In this document: positions 11,635 through 24,382 of the stretch, piece by piece
Layout: every line of letters begins with the position of its first letter
Position numbering within the stretch: position 1 is the first letter of the stretch
Assembly: GCA_004764695.1 (NCBI GenBank)
Contig: SMSO01000014.1
Location: forward strand, 4,536,845 to 4,600,844
DNA length: 64,000 bases
Reading direction: 5' to 3'
From: Schizochytrium sp. TIO01
Taxonomy: Eukaryota; Protista; Bigyra: Labyrinthulomycetes
The notes under the pieces: model-generated
Told to the model about the DNA's origin: nothing
The model's database searches: none
Seen by the model: only the letters and a program-made list of their open reading frames with translations
Translations under genes and position numbers: made by a program

Positions 11635-12075
11635 GAATAATGAAGAAAGTTATTGTCAAATTGTATTAAACAAATTTTAAAAAATGTGTTTTGGTTTGAT
11701 TGGCAAGTGCATAGTCGCTTTGGACTTCTGAACAGACAAGATAGAGAACTATCCGGAGATCTAGTAAAATAAAAAACCTGAAAATCGAAACAAATACACA
11801 AGAAATGAAAATACTGATTGAAGTATATAGTACTAGTGCTTGTATGATGCTAAGACGTTTAAAGACGATTTAAACAAGGTTTTGCAGCCCCCCCCCCTCC
11901 ATTGTTTGCGATTTCCAAATAATCTTGGAAGGGGATAGATTTAAGAACACATATGATCCTCACTTGGACAAACTCGTGGAAAGAGAGAACAGGCAACCTC
12001 GCTATCCTATTGTTCAGATCTGAGTTTACTGCTTGTTCTCAACCTGAAAAGTTGATTGCGGGCCGCGTCATCTAA

Positions 12076-14445
12076 TTATGTATGAGTTACACTGTGCTGC
12101 AATTGTACAAGCTCTGCAGGCATTTGCCGAGCGATCTCCCCGGTTTCCGAGCGAATCCAAAAGGAATCTCCTGTAAGACGGTCCACATACTCTTCCCAGC
12201 CGAGGGTTTCACCAACATGAAAAGCAGTTTCTCTAGCCGCATCAGCTTCCGCATGACCAGAACGTGGGAGACTGACGGGGGCGACATCTAAGGTAATTTC
12301 AGCAGCTGAGTAGGTACCATCTTCGTCATCTTCATTCTCCACGCTGCCAGTATGGTCAACATTTTGATTCTGTCCATCTGCTGCTGTTGCAGTTGCGGAG
12401 TACGGTCCAGATCGACCATAGGAGTTAGTGAAGGAGTATGGAAGGGATGAGGAGAATGACGTCGGGGAAGTAAAGCTGGGCGATGTGAATGACGAAGATG
12501 CCGAGCTTGATGCATCGTAATATGATGGTGATGGTTCATCATAAGTATGACTTTGCTGAAGGTGTTGCGGAAGAAATGCGCGTGGAGAGCGCGGAGGTGT
12601 GGTCTGGGTTGTATCTCGAGGAGCAACTGCAGCAGCGTCTCCGTCATCTGTAGTAATAATTGGGTGGTCCTGTTGAGGTTCATATGAGTTCCAGTTTTTG
12701 ACCTGCTCGGCACGCTGCGAAGAGCTATGGTTGTGAGTTCCCGAGGGCCTAGGTGCAGCAGAGGTCGTTTGTGTACCAGAATACGGTGTTGAAAATTGCG
12801 AGCGGCCAGTTTCACCTGAAAAGTAATCCCCTGGACCTGCTTGAAAGCTGCTACTTTGGTTGGTTTGTAAGAATTTAGCGCGAATCTCAGTCGACCCGAG
12901 TGACAGCCATGCATACTTGCGAAATACAATAAGTACAACAAGGCAGCCCGAAATCCACATGAATCCAAATGAAATAAAAAAGTTTTGCATTCGAGGGGTC
13001 ACGGCGTTGGTCATTACAAGCATGCCAAGAAAAATAAGGACAAAAGCTGCAAGAACTGATGTATAAAGAATACTTGCACTCTCACTTCCTACAGAGGGGA
13101 CATCTCGGGCAAGTACGGCCATACTGACGGTGAGCAAACCCAGCAGCATCAGCCAACCCCAAGACGCAAAGAGAAGGGGACTCCGTGAGCAGCTAAAGTC
13201 ACTGCACGGATCTGGTGTAGGTGGGTCCACGATAAACCAGGGAATGATGATGGCCACTAAAATACCCACAGCTGCACCGATACAACTGTACATTACAGGA
13301 TTGCCAATTTGCACAGATTGCCCACGAAGTGAAGCAGCACGCACACGCCAAACTCTCCATTCTTTAACACATAGTGTGGCAAGCAAGCATGCCATAGCAA
13401 GTTCCAAGAGCGAATAGGAGGCCATACAGTTACCCGCACTTGGTTGCATCATTGAGCCACCAAGGAGAAGCACACCAATGTTCATGAAACCCAGGGCGAC
13501 CATAATGACTACAAGGTATTCACGTTGTGACATGCGAATAATAGGCCGCTGCCAGTAACGCACCAGAAAAATAAGTCCGAGCAATGCGAACATCACGCTA
13601 ATAGCCGCAAAAGCGATTGTGCACCCAGCGTACCACGATGGATCAGGGAACTCAATGAATTCGCCGTCGCAGAACCCACCTGTACCATTTAGACCAGTTG
13701 CAGGCTGCAATGAGGTGCTGTTGTCGTCTGTTGGTGATAACGTGGGCAACAATGTGGGCGCGGATGTGGCTAGAAATGGTGCCAAGGTCGGTAAACGTGT
13801 TGGAGCAAATGTAGGTTCTATGGTGGGCTCCGACGTTGGTTCAGGGGTTGGTGCAGACGACGGATTTGCTGTAGGTTTTACTGTTGGAGATAACGTAGTA
13901 GGCGCAGCCACCGGGTACTTAGTTGGCTGGGCCGTCGTCGGAGACGCTGTCGGGGACGCTGTTGGAGACACTGTTGGAAATGCTGTCGGAGACGCTGTCG
14001 GATATGCTGTCGGAGCCGCTGTCGGAAACGCTGTCGGAGACCCTGTCGGAAACGCTGTTGGAGACGCTGTTGGAAACGCTGTCGGAGACGCTGTCGGAGA
14101 CGCTGTCGGAAACGCTGTCGGAGACGCTGTCGGAAACGCTGTCGGTTGCGGCGTGGTAGGAAAAAGCGTAGACGTTTTCGTTGGAGTCTGTGTAGGTTGC
14201 GCTGTTGTAGGTTTTGGCGTTGGCGTCTGTGTAGGTTGCGCTGTTGTAGGATTTAGCGTTGGCTGCGGAGTTAGCTGCAGCAACGTAGTGGGTTCTGGGG
14301 TTGGTGGCGCAGTCGTTGGTTCTGGGGTTGGTGGCGCAGTCGTTGGTTCTGATGTAAATATGCTCTGTGCTTCTGAGTATTGCGGGTGCCATACCGCAAG
14401 AATGACAGCTGCAATGGCCACAGCTGTCACTCGGATTTGCTTCAT
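12076..14445 (-). CDS. Class C (7tm_3-like) GPCR-like protein with signal peptide, PT-rich stalk and C-terminal WW-like motif
   Basis: Signal peptide [19 protein letters not shown], about 200 aa of PTAxPT repeats, seven hydrophobic segments with family-C-like signatures (PIIRMSQ after TM1, KEWRVWRV after TM3, SESASI before TM6), Ser-rich tail, then [22 protein letters not shown]. Confidence 0.85.
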   Translation of the reverse strand: MKQIRVTAVAIAAVILAVWHPQYSEAQSIFTSEPTTAPPTPEPTTAPPTPEPTTLLQLTPQPTLNPTTAQPTQTPTPKPTTAQPTQTPTKTSTLFPTTPQPTAFPTASPTAFPTASPTASPTAFPTASPTAFPTGSPTAFPTAAPTAYPTASPTAFPTVSPTASPTASPTTAQPTKYPVAAPTTLSPTVKPTANPSSAPTPEPTSEPTIEPTFAPTRLPTLAPFLATSAPTLLPTLSPTDDNSTSLQPATGLNGTGGFCDGEFIEFPDPSWYAGCTIAFAAISVMFALLGLIFLVRYWQRPIIRMSQREYLVVIMVALGFMNIGVLLLGGSMMQPSAGNCMASYSLLELAMACLLATLCVKEWRVWRVRAASLRGQSVQIGNPVMYSCIGAAVGILVAIIIPWFIVDPPTPDPCSDFSCSRSPLLFASWGWLMLLGLLTVSMAVLARDVPSVGSESASILYTSVLAAFVLIFLGMLVMTNAVTPRMQNFFISFGFMWISGCLVVLIVFRKYAWLSLGSTEIRAKFLQTNQSSSFQAGPGDYFSGETGRSQFSTPYSGTQTTSAAPRPSGTHNHSSSQRAEQVKNWNSYEPQQDHPIITTDDGDAAAVAPRDTTQTTPPRSPRAFLPQHLQQSHTYDEPSPSYYDASSSASSSFTSPSFTSPTSFSSSLPYSFTNSYGRSGPYSATATAADGQNQNVDHTGSVENEDDEDGTYSAAEITLDVAPVSLPRSGHAEADAARETAFHVGETLGWEEYVDRLTGDSFWIRSETGEIARQMPAELVQLQHSVTHT
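13935..14145. repeat. 12-nt tandem repeat (GACGCTGTCGGA / AACGCTGTCGGA) encoding PTAS/PTAF stalk of the GPCR
   Basis: Directly visible array; it produces spurious repetitive ORFs in other frames. Confidence 0.9.
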
Positions 14446-16211
14446 CTTGGCGATCAGCTCTAGCTCCCCCCAAAACTAGGGCACAAAGTTGCCTTTTCTA
14501 AGGATCCAAGTTCCCTGCAAGAACCGATCTCGTACACGGTCTCCTTGGGAGTCCCGCTGGCCGGTCTGAAGCAACAAAAATATGAATTGCAAACTAAAGA
14601 ACTTTTAGCCCAGAAGGGACCAGGACACCTGCTGAACTTCTTCTTGTTCTGCTTTTGTTGCTTGCCTTCTTTGCTGGTTTAGTGCAAGGTCTTCGCCACC
14701 GAGATCTGCAATGAACAAGCAAGTTTGCCACAGCCGAGCTTTTATGATCTCCCGAACCTAACTTCGCCACGGTCACGTGACACCTTCCGACTTTGCAAGG
14801 AAACGACTAGAGTGTAGACAACAACTCCAAATGCAGTTCTGCAGAAGACTAAGTCAGAGCAGGTGAATGTTGAGGTGGAGTCGGCCGCCGAAAGCAATCG
14901 GGACTTTTCCCAGCCTCGAATCTCTTTCCGTGACAAAAAATGTATGTATCAACAACACACAATGTATCGACTCACACGTACTAATTACAAATACTTTGAG
15001 ATGTTGATGTGTGCCGACACTGCTGTCTCCTGCTGACAGAAGCTGAGACTTAACGTGCTGCCGAGACTTCGGGCTCTCGTTTCCTACTTGAGCGAGTAAG
15101 GCAGTGACGAGGAAGATGCACAGACCAGAAGAGATGGGGACTTCTTGTTCCCTAGCAAATTAGATCTAGGACCAGGCTCGTGGCACAGGCCTTCGACTTT
15201 CCTCGCTGCGCAATGAGAAGTAGCGGTACTATTTGGATGGACAGCTCCAATTCACTGTGCGCAGCTCTCTCGTGGCGCTATCGCTGCGAATCGATCGATG
15301 TCTGTCCACTCGAGAACTGCCACGAGCGATGATAATCATTTCATTCATTCATCCCATTTCCTTTCAATTAGTTAATTGTGAACCTAGTTATACATATATA
15401 ATTGATTTTATTTTCTATTTTAGTTCTTAATTTCAGAGGGAAGAACTCTGCTTCCAAAGAAAAAGGACGATTGAAAATAAATTTAACAGTTTTTACAAAT
15501 CATTATAAAATTTTCGTCCTTTCCGGCGGTGCCTTTTCCTACCAATATTATATAGGAACCCTTATCCTCCCTACGTAACATTAGTTTCTGGATTTATAGC
15601 CTCAACCTCGGACTCCGACGAGAATGTTGTCATTTGCGCCCCAAAACTCGAGGGCTAAGGCCCAAAACGAGGCTTTGCACAGGCGGGGGCCGGGTGAGTG
15701 AAACAGAGTCACTTCAAGCGCAGACTCTGTCTAAGTGCTGCTAAAGGAGCGCAGAAAACCTCAAAGGAAAATTGCCATTGACTGATTGATTGATTAACTG
15801 ACTGAAAGAATGCCCTCTTAACGAACACTAAATGACTCTTATACAGAGCACGCCAGTGGACTTTCTTTCTTTCTTTCTCGTTTAATCGATTTTCTGTGGT
15901 GCTATCTGCATTGACTCTTAAAACCGTCGCTGCGGCTGCTTCGACCTACGATAAGGGGTCTCGAGTTGACCTTGAGAATGCCTCCATCGTCCCAGACCTG
16001 GACTCGATCAAGGCCGTTTTGAAGGCGTTTTCTTCGGGACCTCTTCTCCACATTCCATCATGATTGGTAATGACCCTTCTTATTGTTTTGCTCTCTCTTT
16101 TCTTTTTAATTAAAAAGAATAAAAAGAATTGAAAAAAAGACTTTCGTATTCATCTCAGACCGTCGTCTTTTCAATGTTTTACCCAAATTACCAAAGGGAA
16201 AGTTTTTTAGT

Positions 16212-16247
16212 TGAATGAATGAATGAATGAATGAATGAATGAATGAA
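16212..16247. repeat. (TGAA)9 microsatellite
   Basis: Directly visible. Confidence 0.9.
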
Positions 16248-19200
16248 ACTGCGGCAAAAAGCCAAGTACTGCTACCTGCGCCAGGTTTACCAATCTATTG
16301 CCAAGTCAAGTTGCTGATAGGTGACTGACTGACTCCCTCGGGTTTCTAGTTACTACGAGGAGACCAAAGGCCCAAACTATGGACATGTCTAACCAGTGGA
16401 AGTCCATCTTCAATTTCGTGGATGCGATGACTAAAACGCTGATAGAGTCAACTTCGTTTCTCAGTTGATTCCTTCTCTCTCCTTTGTTCTCTTGTTCTCC
16501 ATAATAGTAATCGCCCCAAAAGCCTCAACAACATCTATTCTGTTCTATATATCTACTTTTAATTAATTATTTAATTAATTAATTAATTTATTTATTTACT
16601 TAATTATAACACCAAAAGGAACAGCGCTAACAAAGCGGAAGCAGAAAAGGAGAACTTGAACCAAACTTAACTACTTTGCGAGTTTTGCCATTCTTGGGTC
16701 GCAAAGCGACGTCAAATCAGGCTCCATCTATGCGAAGCTGGGGACATAAGAGTCACGCGCATGCCGCCATCGCAGCTGGCGCTGATTGGCGAACTGCGGC
16801 CCGGGCCTTAAACAAGGTCCCGGCACTAAAGACTCGAGATCGAGCGCTTCTTTTCGTCTTTATTGTTCATTTTTGTTTTCATTCTGTTTTCAATCTTTCT
16901 TTTTCCCAAAGAAATCCCTTTTTCTCCTTTTACATACATACGACTGACCGTCTTTCTCCTCTCTTCCTTTCGGGACCGATGCAGCCCGTATCGACAGTGA
17001 GTTCAACTGTAATCCCCGTCATGATTCCGCTTCCAGCTTATTTACTGCTAACAGGGACCGGATACAAGGGGTATTGAAAGTACTTGTGGGGAAGCTGAAA
17101 GACGGAGCACGAAAGAGCCTGATTCATAGGGGGTTTCTAGGGTTTCGAGTAGGAGTGCTGCGGGGTCTGTGGCTACGGTTGGATAGGGGCTACTAAGCAA
17201 GAAACAGAAAGAAACAGAAAGAAACAGCTCATAGAAAAGAAGGGCAAAGAGGACATACTTCGAATGGAAGGAAACGCCTCCAATGAAACCTTCTCTTCAA
17301 AGAGGACGAGTTTTCCTGTCTGAGTTCTTGGAGGAGTCAAAGACAAGCAAAGTGGACTCTGGACAGATGGGAGACGTGGCTCCAAAACGGTAGGAACCTG
17401 CCTTTCTATGAAACCCTGCACCAAATCGAACAACGCTTTCAGAATTATGGCCCCAAGTGTTTCTTTCCCTGGCTGCCGTTGCTGGCCTGCGTCGCAGCTT
17501 GCTTGCCTCTAAAGTAGTAACACATCTTCAGCAGCATCATCTTCAGCATCATCTTCAACACGGTTCTTATCTGGTTTTACAACTTGAAGCAGACTTAGAC
17601 AACCAATCAAAAGTATCCACGGGAGTCTATAAATAAACAAGCAACCCAGTCATCTCCAAGCACTGTCCCGATGGTTATCAACATTGTTGGCCTTCTTTTA
17701 TCAAAGCAGCTTCAATGAAAGCAGCTTCGTTGAAAGCAATTTCATTGAAGGCAACTTCAATAGGCGATTGTCTCATAATTCTTCAGCATTCGAGTTGGCG
17801 TTGGGTTCACTGACCACACATGAGCGCACACCTGCGCTGACGAGTAATCGAATGTTTGACCAAATAGGCCGAATTTATTATAGTACACAACAGCAGCGGA
17901 TAAGAATGCGACTCTGAGTCAGCTCTGAAACAGATTTGGCTTGCTACAACCTTCATCTCTGATTCGTCACCGCCATCGTTGTCATTGGCGGGGACTATAT
18001 ATAATTGCCACGCGAGGTAGGCTTCCGCGAGTTGCCGGAGACCGCCATAACGATTGAAAATGATTGAAAGGGCTGGGCAAGTCTCGTCTCGTCTCGCATT
18101 TCGCAATTTCATGTTGCTGGTTCACTCACGGCTGGACCATCAAAGTCAATGCGGAAATAAATGTCTTCTACGGACCCCGATCGTACGGTAATTTGCATCA
18201 CCAGATCAGGCAGCTAAATTAAGGCCATCTCCAAATCCACGACTGGCAGGGCAGAAGATGCACGTGCAGGAGCTTTGCCGATGCCACAATCCATCGAGCC
18301 AAATGAAATCCAACCCGGACTCAAAGCCAAAGGTGAAGCTCGGAGGTCTCCCAAAACATATCTCAATCCAACTTCTGTGGAAGCGTATTTATTTACCCAG
18401 TGACTTACATCTTATGGAAGTCCTGCACAATCCATGTGATCCATGGTTCTTAGTCTGGCTCGCCACGTGCGTGTCGTTTTCAACGTTGTGCAAATCATCG
18501 CGTGGACTCTGTTATGCAAATTGACGACTCGAGCCTTGACAAACCTCGCGAGTTGATCTTTCCTGGCTATGCATCCGAGGCGGAGGCGTCATTTTAGGAT
18601 ACTCGCCACCAGCTGAGAATCAAACTCAACGCCGTGCTTCCAGACTTGGGTTGGGGCTTTCAAGTCTTGTTTGTGCAAGTTGTGCACCGAAGGATTGCAT
18701 TCAGTCAGTCAGTAACGCACAAGTCCCTGAGCCACCTTGACCTTGGCTATTGTCCACTGGAACAGTCCAAGCAGCGGCAACTTCTCTTCATTATCTTCAT
18801 CTTCATCTTCTTCAAGCTGGCCTCGAAGAAGAACTTCTCCAAGCGAGGTCAATCAACCAATCTCAGCTTGCAAGCAAACGAACCCCTGAAATGATTGCAA
18901 ATCGCATATCCATCGTGAAAGAAAACAATTTTCCACCAGCTCACAAAACACACGTACACACATAAACTCCCACTTCCCATACTCATGCTTCGAAGAAATC
19001 GATAGAACACTAATTAATTAATTAATCGCATTGCAAATTACATTACATTACTTCCTCTGATTTATTGGTCCTTCCTCTTCTTTCTTCTACCAATTGCAAA
19101 TGACCTTGAAACTCCCGCGAGCGGGTGAATCCGCAAGAGCCTTGCGGCCACGCCAAGCCAGACATCGCTTCGTTTCAAGCGCGGCCGCTGCGTCCTCCAG

Positions 19201-21748
19201 GGTCTTCAAGGCTAACCTCCAAGATCTTAAAGGCCCCTGATCTCAATTGATTGTCCATTCCATTCTGCATTCCATTCCGCATTCCATTCCACATTCCATT
19301 TCATTCATTCTTTTTGTTTATAAGGAACTTGTGATGACCCCAGGTCGGTGAGAGCGGTGTGAATGGACTCGTCCAATTACATCGCAAAACTCGTATTAAC
19401 TCATCCTGAGCAGGTGCGCGTATGTCAAGGGACAGCGAGCTACCGCCTCGTGCTTAGGAGCTAGTTAGGGATCCATAGAAAGGAAGTCTAAAGCTCTTTT
19501 TGGGAGAACAGAAAAAATCAAGAATTCAATTCATTCTTTTTACCTTTTCACAGTAATTTCCTTTTATTTTATTTTGATTTTATTTTGATTTTAGTTGGGG
19601 AAACAAACATCAGCAAGAACTCGAATTGCAGGTACCTTATCTATCTATCTATCTAACTTCAGAAGATATGCTAGAAGATAGGAGGGCTTGCCACTGCAGG
19701 CGTCAAATGGCGATGGTAATTATGGATGATGATGCCTGGCTGCCTTCTGGCTTTTCCACTCTCTTCGCGAGGGCTCCTGGACCTGCGATGCTCCTTATTG
19801 ATTTGGTGTAAACTCAGTTCTTCAGAGAGCTCACAATCAACTGTTTTAATTTATCTAAAAAACAAATGTTGCTTTCTTTCTTTCTTTCTTTCTTCTCTTA
19901 TTTCTTCTATCGTTGTTGATTTTTTTTCTCATTCTTTTCAATAAACAAACAAACAAACAAACCAAAAGAAAGAAAGAATGAAAGAATGAAAGAAATGGAA
20001 AGAACTTGGCTGTCCATTTCTTCGAGGGAAGGTCAGCCCGAGACCGGCTAGCGCATGAGCGAAGGCGTGCTTGTGGATGGACCGCTGAAGAGCAAGAAAA
20101 GCCCTGCTGCCCTGACCTCTCTGGAGTTGCCTGGCGAGCTTGCTTCCTTCCCAAGGATGTCTGGGCAGAAGAAGCGCGGGAATGCCGTGGTCATTTGAGC
20201 TCGCTCACTGTGTTTTCTTTTATTCTCCAGCTTCTTCTCACGGACCGCCATCTTGGTTCTTCTCGTATTGGATGGAACTCCACATTGCCTCCATCGTCAC
20301 AGGAGGTAAGCATCCATCTGCTGTTATCATGCCGCTACTCTGAGAAGACGAAAATAATTCTACGCGACAGCGGGAGCTGAGGAGGTTGTCGACCTCGAGC
20401 TCTTCGCGATCTTCATGATCATATAACCCTCTTCGCTTCTTCTTTCTATTCTATTTCATCTCGAGAATGCGTGCGCATGCATGGAATTCAGACCTTTTGC
20501 TGCTGTTCAAGTCGAACTTGGGCTGTAGCTTAATGACGTACATCAACTGACTGTCATGAGGGTAGTGAATAAAATGAGAAACGGCTACTCGCGAACATAT
20601 GGCGTGTCCCCGCGGAGTCGCGTGGCAAGCGTGCGCAGGCTAAGCATTTCAACTAACTTACAGAGAGAAGAAGCCATTCTGCGATATATACACCTTTGTA
20701 ATTGCACTCGAGTACTCATGGGCTATTTCACACGCATGACTTAGTTTTTCATGCGCACTTCATGTCTTTCAATTGAGCTTTAAGATGGACACATGGGTGG
20801 TTTGACTCTCGCGAATAGGTGCTGATTGGCTCGACTCAATCGTGCAATCGTTTCCCCTGAGACCTTATCTAATAATGACAGCAGTTAGTAAACGAGCGCG
20901 CTCTATGGCAGGCGAAAGAAAACGTTATGATTCGTTATAAGTGCCTTGCAGTTGCGCTGGACCTTGGCCCTGGTGGTTCTCTAGAGTTTAATTTCTGGTA
21001 TTCAGGTATATTCTATGAGACTATAGCACGAGGTGGATTCTATTCGCCTTCTCGAATGGTTCTTTCCTTGAGAATGAAGCCAGCCAAAACTTCCAGAGCG
21101 CTGAAACATGGACCACGGCTTTGGGGGATATCGGAGACCAATGCGGAATTTGCTGCACGCCTCTAAAATGAGATTCGGCTGTTAGTTGTGAGCATCAGAC
21201 TAGTTCCTAAGATTGGGCTTCCAAGACCATGAGTACAGCACAAAATAACAGGCCCAGAATGAAAAAGGTGGAGAAAGGAATCCTTGTTTCCAGGAATAGG
21301 ATTTAAATGTACTTGTTGTAGAATGTTGTTGGATTGTCTATAAATGACTATGTTATGAAAAATGAGGTAAGCAAATCTGATGTAGAGAAGCCAAAAGATG
21401 CAGTGGCGCTCCTTGCTGTCAAAGCATGAAACTATGGAATGGATAAATAGTTAGACATCTATATATGCATACATCTGCATGTTTAAGACAACGCCTGAGC
21501 CTTCTCTGAAAGTTTAGAGGTAGGAACTGATCTGTTTTACTTGTCACTCCAACTTAGCACTTAAGCATGCTATTTGATCGAACTACGTGACATAAGCTCC
21601 CTCCTAAAGACAATACAATTACAATTGAAGGGTTGGGTTGATGGCTGCATTCAAGATGGTACTTATTGAGGGGGAAATAAACCATGAACGAAAGAAGCTG
21701 TCATGTTATTCATTGCAATTTTAACTATTTGTTTGTATTCGATGGCGT

Positions 21749-22903
21749 TCAGGCATCCCAGGCACCACGACGAAGGTTTGCAAAGGCTGTAAAAAGTTTG
21801 GATGCTTCCTCATCAGCCATCATGTCATCACGAGATGGCTTGTGGCCGTTCTTAGATTCAAATTTAGCCCTCCAAGCTTCGAGGTCGTGTTTAACCTCTT
21901 CAAGACGCTCCGTGCGGGTCTTCTTCGCCTCAACCTCATCAAACGTGGAGTTGAGCTGTGCCTGGCAATGCATGTTGCGCGCCAAAATGGTCTTAGTAAG
22001 TTCCCCATCGACACCCTTGTCAATAGCTACAAGTTCCTGTGCCCCCTCCTCCGGCAAGAGCAGGGATGCCACAAGGCGTCCGCCAGGTCGCAGCGCATCG
22101 TTGACAAGGCCAAGGCCAAGCTCCGAGTCAATCGGAAAGGCAAATCCAACGTGTACAAGATCAAAACCTGTGCCATTTTCAACATCCAGCACAGACTTTC
22201 CTGATCCCTCTGCAAAGGCATTCAAAAACTCCAAAGCCTTTCCAGTTCCCTCACTTGAACACCTCTTGGCAGCGTGCTCTTTCGCATGCTCCACAAGCGA
22301 AGGTACAGCATCCGTGCCCACAATTTGACCGAACTGTTCACCAGAGATTAGGCCATGATCTGCCATGATCTCAGCTACCAGCACGGTCAAATATCCTGTA
22401 CCACAGCCCAGGTCGAGAGCCCTGAAAGAAGCAAGACTATTTTGGCTTTGATTGTGGGCTCTCGCCTCAATGAATTTGGCCATGGCCTCGGCGACAACGC
22501 AATGATGGTGGGGTGTGGACAGCGTGGCTCCGGAGGGAGCGTGCAGCTTCTGGGGCTTGTTACCGTAGGGTTCTGCGTACACGGCAGCGTCCTGCTGTAA
22601 CGGCACGAACAGAGCTCGGTCAAGACGGAGCATGGCATCGCGGACCGCAGAGGACTTGAGCACGCCATTTCGCTCGAGCTCATCGACAAGTTCACGCTGC
22701 GACCGCGCCTCGCCAACGTGCGACATCGAGAGGTCAAGCAAGGACATGCCACCCTGCTTCGCTTCATCAGAGCTTGCGTCCACCACGCTTGCAAAGCGCA
22801 CAGAGCTCATGAGTCGCGAGACCAACATAGACGACGGCCGCATCGTGCTCATCAGGGAGTCCACCACTGGCATTCGCCGTACATTTTGTAATGATGCACG
22901 CAT
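21749..22903 (-). CDS. PCMT: Protein-L-isoaspartate O-methyltransferase (PIMT/PCMT family) with N-terminal transit-like peptide and C-terminal extra motif
   Basis: SQRELVDELERNGVLKSSAVRDAMLRLDRALFVP, ATLSTPHHH, SAM motif ALDLGCGTGYLT, FDLVHVG, LRPGGRLV. First ATG at 22903 (the track starts at a TTG). Confidence 0.88.
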   Translation of the reverse strand: MRASLQNVRRMPVVDSLMSTMRPSSMLVSRLMSSVRFASVVDASSDEAKQGGMSLLDLSMSHVGEARSQRELVDELERNGVLKSSAVRDAMLRLDRALFVPLQQDAAVYAEPYGNKPQKLHAPSGATLSTPHHHCVVAEAMAKFIEARAHNQSQNSLASFRALDLGCGTGYLTVLVAEIMADHGLISGEQFGQIVGTDAVPSLVEHAKEHAAKRCSSEGTGKALEFLNAFAEGSGKSVLDVENGTGFDLVHVGFAFPIDSELGLGLVNDALRPGGRLVASLLLPEEGAQELVAIDKGVDGELTKTILARNMHCQAQLNSTFDEVEAKKTRTERLEEVKHDLEAWRAKFESKNGHKPSRDDMMADEEASKLFTAFANLRRGAWDA

Positions 22904-23188
22904 ACTAGCCGAGGAGTTTGATTGAGGTTTGCTGCAGCGGAAAGACACCAATACGCAGGTTCACAACTCCGGTCCGTGCGGAGTCTCTGCGGAGATGGCG
23001 ATTGCGATCTGTTTTTAATGAAATACAGCGATTCATAACCTCAATACGCCTTCACAGTCTCAGCTCCAGTTCTGATTGATCCTGTAAAGAGACCAAGAGG
23101 GTCACAGAATCATACGCTCTTGGCGCAGGGTGGACGCCCTCCAAAGTTAGCTCACTAGTTGCCCGTAGCGCCTTGATCTGGTCCCAAG

Positions 23189-24382
23189 ATGGCGGCGATG
23201 GTAGTCATGGGCGCCGGCATGGTGATTTTCGCGGCGGTCTTCACAGCATCTGTGACGAGGCGTTTCAAGATGTCACACCTGAAACTCCGGATGCGTGCGG
23301 TTCTGTACAAACTTGCGTACCTTGCGTTTACTCTGCCTCCAGTGGGCTCTAGGGTTCTCAAGAGTGGGTTGGCTAAGTCGAGGCTGAAGACTTCACACGC
23401 GGAGACTTCGAGGACGATTCTTGCTGTTAAAAATGAGTTCAAAGATGGAGATAATCAGACCCAGAGCGATCTAGAAAAGGGTCCTGAGAATAGCATTACA
23501 TTAATCTCTGTGGCCTTTCTTGAGGACAACTACGCCTGGCTCATCGTCGACTATGTTCGGGGTTCAGTCGCAGCGGTAGACCCTGCAGATGCGGTGGCAG
23601 TGGCCAAGGCCGTGGCTGCGGAGTCGCGAAGATCTGGGCAGAGACTCAGGCTGACAGATATCCTCGTGACGCATTATCATGCGGATCATGCCGGAGGAAA
23701 TGCAGATCTTGCGAAGCTTGAGCCCAGAATTCGTATCCACGCGCCGGCGAATGAACGACTCTTTGGAGTACCGGGTGCAACTAATTTTGTAGAGGACGGC
23801 TCTGTGATTCAGTTTGGCGATCTCGAAATTGCTGTAATTGAAACACCTGGACATACGCAGGGGCATGTGAGCTATCATGTGCCAATTCAAGTTGGCTGTG
23901 AGCGAGCCGTGATCTTTACCGGTGACACGCTATTTGTGGCTGGAGCAGGGAGGTTTTTTGAGGGTTCTGGCGAAGATGCTCTACGGAGCATGAAATTTTA
24001 CCGTTCGTTGCATCCAAGCACGCTCGTCTGCCCGGGCCATGAGTATACAGTTGACAATCTTGACTTTTGTGCATGGCTTGAGCCAGACCGTAAGGACATT
24101 TTAGCTGCTCGCCAAACATGGGCTCGAGGACTTCGGCACCTCCGCAAGCCTACCGTCCCGGTCCCTTTGGAGCATGAGTTTTCCTTCAACCCATTTCTGC
24201 GTTTCGACGATCCTGACCTCATCGCAGCCATTCCAGATGCACAACAGCGTGACGCCGAGTCTCGTGGAGAGGACAATGTTGAGAAAACCGGGCTTATGGC
24301 TGGAGTCTTTGAAGATCCTGCGCTGCTCCTTCAAGCTGTGCGCGACCTCAAGGATGCCGGTTCCTATCGTGTGAAAAGATGA
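23189..24382 (+). CDS. Hydroxyacylglutathione hydrolase (glyoxalase II)/PNKD-like metallo-beta-lactamase
   Basis: DNYAWLI, VDPAD, THYHADHAGGN (THxHxDH), TPGHTQGH, FTGDTLF, PGHEYT, FNPFLR; hydrophobic N-terminus. Confidence 0.92.
   Translation: MAAMVVMGAGMVIFAAVFTASVTRRFKMSHLKLRMRAVLYKLAYLAFTLPPVGSRVLKSGLAKSRLKTSHAETSRTILAVKNEFKDGDNQTQSDLEKGPENSITLISVAFLEDNYAWLIVDYVRGSVAAVDPADAVAVAKAVAAESRRSGQRLRLTDILVTHYHADHAGGNADLAKLEPRIRIHAPANERLFGVPGATNFVEDGSVIQFGDLEIAVIETPGHTQGHVSYHVPIQVGCERAVIFTGDTLFVAGAGRFFEGSGEDALRSMKFYRSLHPSTLVCPGHEYTVDNLDFCAWLEPDRKDILAARQTWARGLRHLRKPTVPVPLEHEFSFNPFLRFDDPDLIAAIPDAQQRDAESRGEDNVEKTGLMAGVFEDPALLLQAVRDLKDAGSYRVKR

Noticed and set aside
13619-14479. 286-aa VGDA-repeat ORF and overlapping SDSV/SETL ORFs
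   Set aside because: Alternative frames of the GPCR PT repeat.
17400-18950. Coding-like patches and 60-100 aa ORFs in the gap after the GPCR
   Set aside because: No recognisable motif, no consistent frame and no splice pattern I could support.
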